Shown in pieces: positions 60,501 through 64,000 of a stretch of DNA of 64,000 nucleotides (within the stretch, counting starts at the first letter, position 1; each line of letters starts with the position of its first letter). Location: contig CAVYRF010000002.1 of NCBI GenBank assembly GCA_963770895.1, positions 5,376,001-5,440,000 of the forward strand. The letters run 5' to 3'. Under the pieces are notes generated by a model. The model ran no database searches. It saw nothing but the letters and a program-made list of their open reading frames with translations, and was not told where the DNA came from. The stretch is from an uncultured Acidobacteriota bacterium. GTDB taxonomy: Bacteria; Acidobacteriota; Thermoanaerobaculia; Multivoradales; UBA5704. A program made the translations under genes and the position numbers.

Positions 60501-63500
60501 GAGCGCTCTGTCCTGGCGCTGTACGGCACAGGAGGACCTGCTGTTGGGCATCCCCATCGCCAACCGCAACCGCGTTGAAGTGGAGGGGTTGATCGGGTTC
60601 TTCCTGAACATGGTCGTGGCGCGCACCGACGCGTCCGGCGATCCGACGCTGCGCGAGCTGCTGCGCCGCGCGAGCGACGGTTTTCTCTCCTCGGTGCCGC
60701 ACCAGGAAGTGCCGTTCGAGAAGCTGGTGGAGGCGCTGCACCTGCCGCGCGACCGCAGCCGCACGCCGGTGTTCCAGGCGCAGTTCTCGTTGCAGAACAC
60801 GCCGTCGGCGCCGCTGGCGCTGCCCGGCCTGACGCTGGAGATGGTGGAGATCCACAACCGCACGACCAAGTTCGACTTCACCGTCTTCCTGGTCGATCGC
60901 CCCGACGGTCTGACGACGACGCTGGAATACAACACCGACCTGTTCGACGCCGTCACCATGACGCGCCTGCTGGCGGCGTGGGAGACGCTGCTGGCAGGGG
61001 TTCCCACCGCCGCCGACCGCCGGCTTTCCGACCTGCCGCTGCTGCCTGCTGCCGAGAGGGCACAGCTGCTGGCGCCCTGGCCGCTGGCCGCGACGACCGC
61101 CGCCGCGTTCGGCGCGGCGCCGGCAGCCGTCATGGCGCCGCCGGCTGGCGCGGTGTGCCTGCATGAGCTGTTCGAGCAGCAGGTGCGGCGCCAGCCGCGC
61201 GCCGTCGCGGTGGTGCACGAGCTGGAGGAGCTGACGTACCAGCAGCTCAACCGCCGCGCCAATCAGCTGGCCCGCCGCCTGCGCGCCCTGGGCGTCGGAC
61301 CGGAAACGCCGGTGGGCCTTTGCGTCGAGCGGTCGCCCCGCCTGCTGGTCGGCATCCTGGGCATCCTGAAAGCCGGCGGCGCCTACGTGCCGCTCGATCC
61401 CGCCTACCCGCGCGAGCGCCTGGTCTACACGCTGGCAGACGCGCTGGCGGGAGCCGGTGCGGCGGCGGTGCAGGAAGGCGGCGTGAGAGCGGGCGCATCG
61501 CCGGCGGTGCTGGTGACGGAAGCCGGCGTGGCGGCGCTGATCGGCGACGATCTGCCGTTCGCGTTGACGCGCGTTGACTTCGATCGCGACGGCGCCAGCC
61601 TGGCCGGCGAAGACGGCAGCAATGTTGGCGATGTTGGCGATGTTGGCAATGTTGGCGATGTTGGTGGCGGGGGCCGCCGTGGCGATGGCGGCGGGGGCGG
61701 CGCCGCCGTGCCGGCCAACCTGGCCTATGTGATCTATACGTCGGGCTCGACCGGCCGGCCCAAGGGCGTGCCGGTCACCCATGCCAACGGCGCGCGGCTG
61801 CTCGCCGCGACCGCCCACTGGTTCGGCTTCGGCAGCGGCGACGTGTGGACGCTGTTCCACTCCGCCGCCTTCGACTTCTCGGTGTGGGAGATCTGGGGAG
61901 CGCTCGCGCTGGGGGGCCGGCTGGTGATCGTGCCGCGCCAGGCGACGCTGTCGCCGGCGCTGCTGCTGGAGCTGCTGGCGGGCGAAAAGGTGACGGTGCT
62001 CAACCAGACGCCTTCGGCGTTCCGCCAGCTGGCGGTAGCCGCCGCCGCCGACCGGCGCCGCCTGCCGGCGCTGCGCTGGGTGATCTTCGGCGGCGAGGCG
62101 CTGCCGCTCGACGCGCTCGCTCCCTGGCTGGCGCTCTACGGCCCGAGCGCCGGCCCGCGGCTGATCAACATGTATGGCATCACCGAGACCACCGTGCACG
62201 TCACCTACCGGCCGATCGCGGCCGGCGACCTGGCGCGGCCCGGCAACGGCAACGCGCCGATCGGCGAACCCATCCCGGACCTGCGCGTCCACCTGCTGGG
62301 GCCGCGCGGCGAGCTGGTGCCGGTCGGCGTCGCAGGCGAGATCCACGTCGGCGGTGCCGGCGTGGCGCGCGGCTATCTGCACCGGCCGGACCTGACCGCT
62401 CGCCGCTTCGTGCCGGACGCGTGGGGCGGCCAGGCGGGGGCGCGCCTCTACGCCAGCGGCGACCTGGCGCGCCGCCGGCCGGACGGCGACCTGGAATACC
62501 TCGGGCGCATCGACCACCAGGTCAAGGTGCGCGGCTTCCGCATCGAGCTGGGCGAGATCGAGGCGGTGCTGCGCGCCCACCCGCGGGTGCAGGACGCGGT
62601 GGTGACGCTGCGCCATGAAGACGGCGGCGGCGCCACCCCCGGAACCCCTGGCATGGGCAGCGGTCCTGGAGCCCCCGGAGCTCCCGGAGCCCCCGCAGCT
62701 CCCGGCGATCACCGCCTGGTCGCCCACTTCGTCCCCCGCCCCGGCAGCGCCGCCGCGGCGCCGGTGGACGCCGCCGAGCTGCGCGCCCACCTGCGGTCGC
62801 TGCTGCCGGAGTACATGGTGCCGGCGGCGTTCGTGGCGCTGGCCGCCATGCCTCTCACCCCCAGCGGCAAGATCGACCGCCGCGCCCTGCCGAGCGCCGG
62901 CGGGGGAGCGGACGCCACCGCGACTGCCGCCGCCGCCACCGCGGTGCCGCGCACGCCGACCGAGCGGCGCCTGGCGCAGATCTGGCTGGAGGTGTTGCGC
63001 ATCGAGCAGGCCGGGCGCGACGACAACTTCTTCGACCTGGGAGGCCATTCGCTGCTGGTCACCCAGCTGGCGTCGCGCATCCAAACGACGTTTGGCGTCG
63101 CGCTGCCGATGGCGAGCGTCTTCGACGCGCCGACGCTGGCCGGCCTGGCCGCCCGGATCGATGCCCTGTTGCCCGAAGCGCCGGCGGGTGGGGAAGCCGG
63201 CGCTGGGGACGCCGCCGCTGCCAGCGGCGGAGGAGGCGGTCTGCCGCCGATCCCGCGCGTCGCGCGCAATCTATTGCCGGCGGCGCCGGGGGCGCCAGGG
63301 TCGCCGGCATCGCTGCCGCCGTCGTTCGCGCAGGAGCGGCTGTGGTTCCTGGACCAGCTGCAGCCGGACAGCCCGTTTTACAACGTGCCGCTGTCGCTGC
63401 GCCTGCGCGGCCGCCTCAACGTCGCCGCGCTGGTGGCGACGTTCGGCGAGATCGTGCGCCGCCACGAGACGCTGCGCACGTCGTTCGCCGCCGCCAACGG

Positions 63501-64000
63501 CCAGCCGGTTCAGGTGGTGGCGCCGGCCGTCGCTGTGCCTATCCCGATCGTCGACGTCTCGGGGCTGGCGGCGGAGGCGCGACGCGAAGCGCTGCTCGCC
63601 CAGCTGGCGCACGACGAGGCGCGGCAGCCGTTCAACCTGGCGGGCGGACCGCGAGTTGAGGCGAGTGCCGGTGGGCCACCGCGGTCCGCCGGCCGAGCTG
63701 AGGTGAGTGCCGGCGGGCCACCGCGGCCGGCCGGCCTGCTGCGCCTGCGGCTGATCCGCCTGGGCGCCCAGGACCACGCCCTGCTGGCGACAGTCCACCA
63801 CATCGTCAGCGACGGCTGGTCGCTGGGCGTGCTGATCCGCGAGGTGGCGGCGCTCTATACGGCGTGCTGCCAGGGCCGGCCGTCGCCGCTGCTGCCGCTG
63901 GCCATCCAGTACGCCGATTTCGCCGCCTGGCAGCGCGGCTGGCTGCAGGGCGAACGGCTGGACCAGGAGCTGGACTTCTGGCGCGGCCAGCTGGACGGCG
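54508..64000 (+). CDS. NRPS-C (3'-truncated): T-C-A(Ser)-T-sulfotransferase-C-A(Thr)-T-C...
   Basis: Hand translation from ATG 54508 (GGAG upstream) keeps all domains in one frame to the window end, which explains its absence from the ORF track. T [18 protein letters not shown]; A code [34 protein letters not shown]; A code DFWNIGMVHK; T GGHSL; C HHIVSDG. Confidence 0.92.
   Translation, partial: [3164 protein letters not shown]
57853..57954 (+). repeat. In-frame 33-bp tandem repeat ([11 protein letters not shown]) in the A8-A9 region of the Ser A domain
   Basis: GCGCCCAGATCGGCTGGCGCGCCGGGCGCCGTT at 57868 and 57901, with partial flanking copies. Confidence 0.85.
58610..59450 (+). other. PAPS-dependent sulfotransferase domain (CurM/OLS ST-like) embedded in NRPS-C
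   Basis: [61 protein letters not shown] and GDPKF..H. Confidence 0.88.
59980..60063 (+). repeat. In-frame 2 x 42-bp hairpin repeat in the NRPS-C second C domain (copy 2 of 3)
   Basis: Encodes [28 protein letters not shown] between PFDLAGGP and LLR. Confidence 0.9.
61621..61665 (+). repeat. In-frame 9-bp microsatellite, (N/D)VG x 5
   Basis: AATGTTGGC GATGTTGGC GATGTTGGC AATGTTGGC GATGTTGGT just before the A3 motif. Confidence 0.85.
63652..63735 (+). repeat. In-frame 2 x 42-bp hairpin repeat in the NRPS-C third C domain (copy 3 of 3)
   Basis: Encodes [28 protein letters not shown] between PFNLAGGP and LLR. Confidence 0.9.

Noticed and set aside
54556-63084. Minus-strand ORFs of 1746 and 1026 aa offered by the ORF track
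   Set aside because: They are antisense shadows of NRPS-C, which the track omits because it has no stop inside the window.

Overview
A very GC-rich window, probably from an acidobacterium (inferred from an ADOP-type duplicated permease and a repeated secreted-protein domain). Positions 1 to about 5 kb are the end of an integrative element: a VirD4/TraD-like ATPase with a nuclease-like tail, a large serine recombinase, a TIR-domain relic and an MntA/HepT toxin-antitoxin pair. Positions 5-13 kb hold a TIGR00300-type ornithine cyclodeaminase-like gene, an ATP-dependent DNA ligase, secreted proteins, a multicopper oxidase that has lost four copper-ligand histidines, and panD. From 13.8 kb to beyond the window end is a large NRPS cluster. 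NRPS-A has 7 modules, starts with a DCL condensation domain and ends in a TE. NRPS-B has 2 modules and ends in Asn-T-E-COM. NRPS-C is missing from the ORF track because it runs off the window; it reads T-C-A(Ser)-T-sulfotransferase-C-A(Thr)-T-C. An Asp-box protein and two MacB/FtsX-type permeases lie between the NRPS genes. The strongest candidates for something new are (i) a CurM-like sulfotransferase embedded mid-assembly-line in an NRPS after a Ser module, and (ii) an 84-bp hairpin repeat inserted in frame at the same site in three different C domains, resembling an intergenic 39-bp tandem repeat. All domain and specificity calls were made by eye; no databases were searched.
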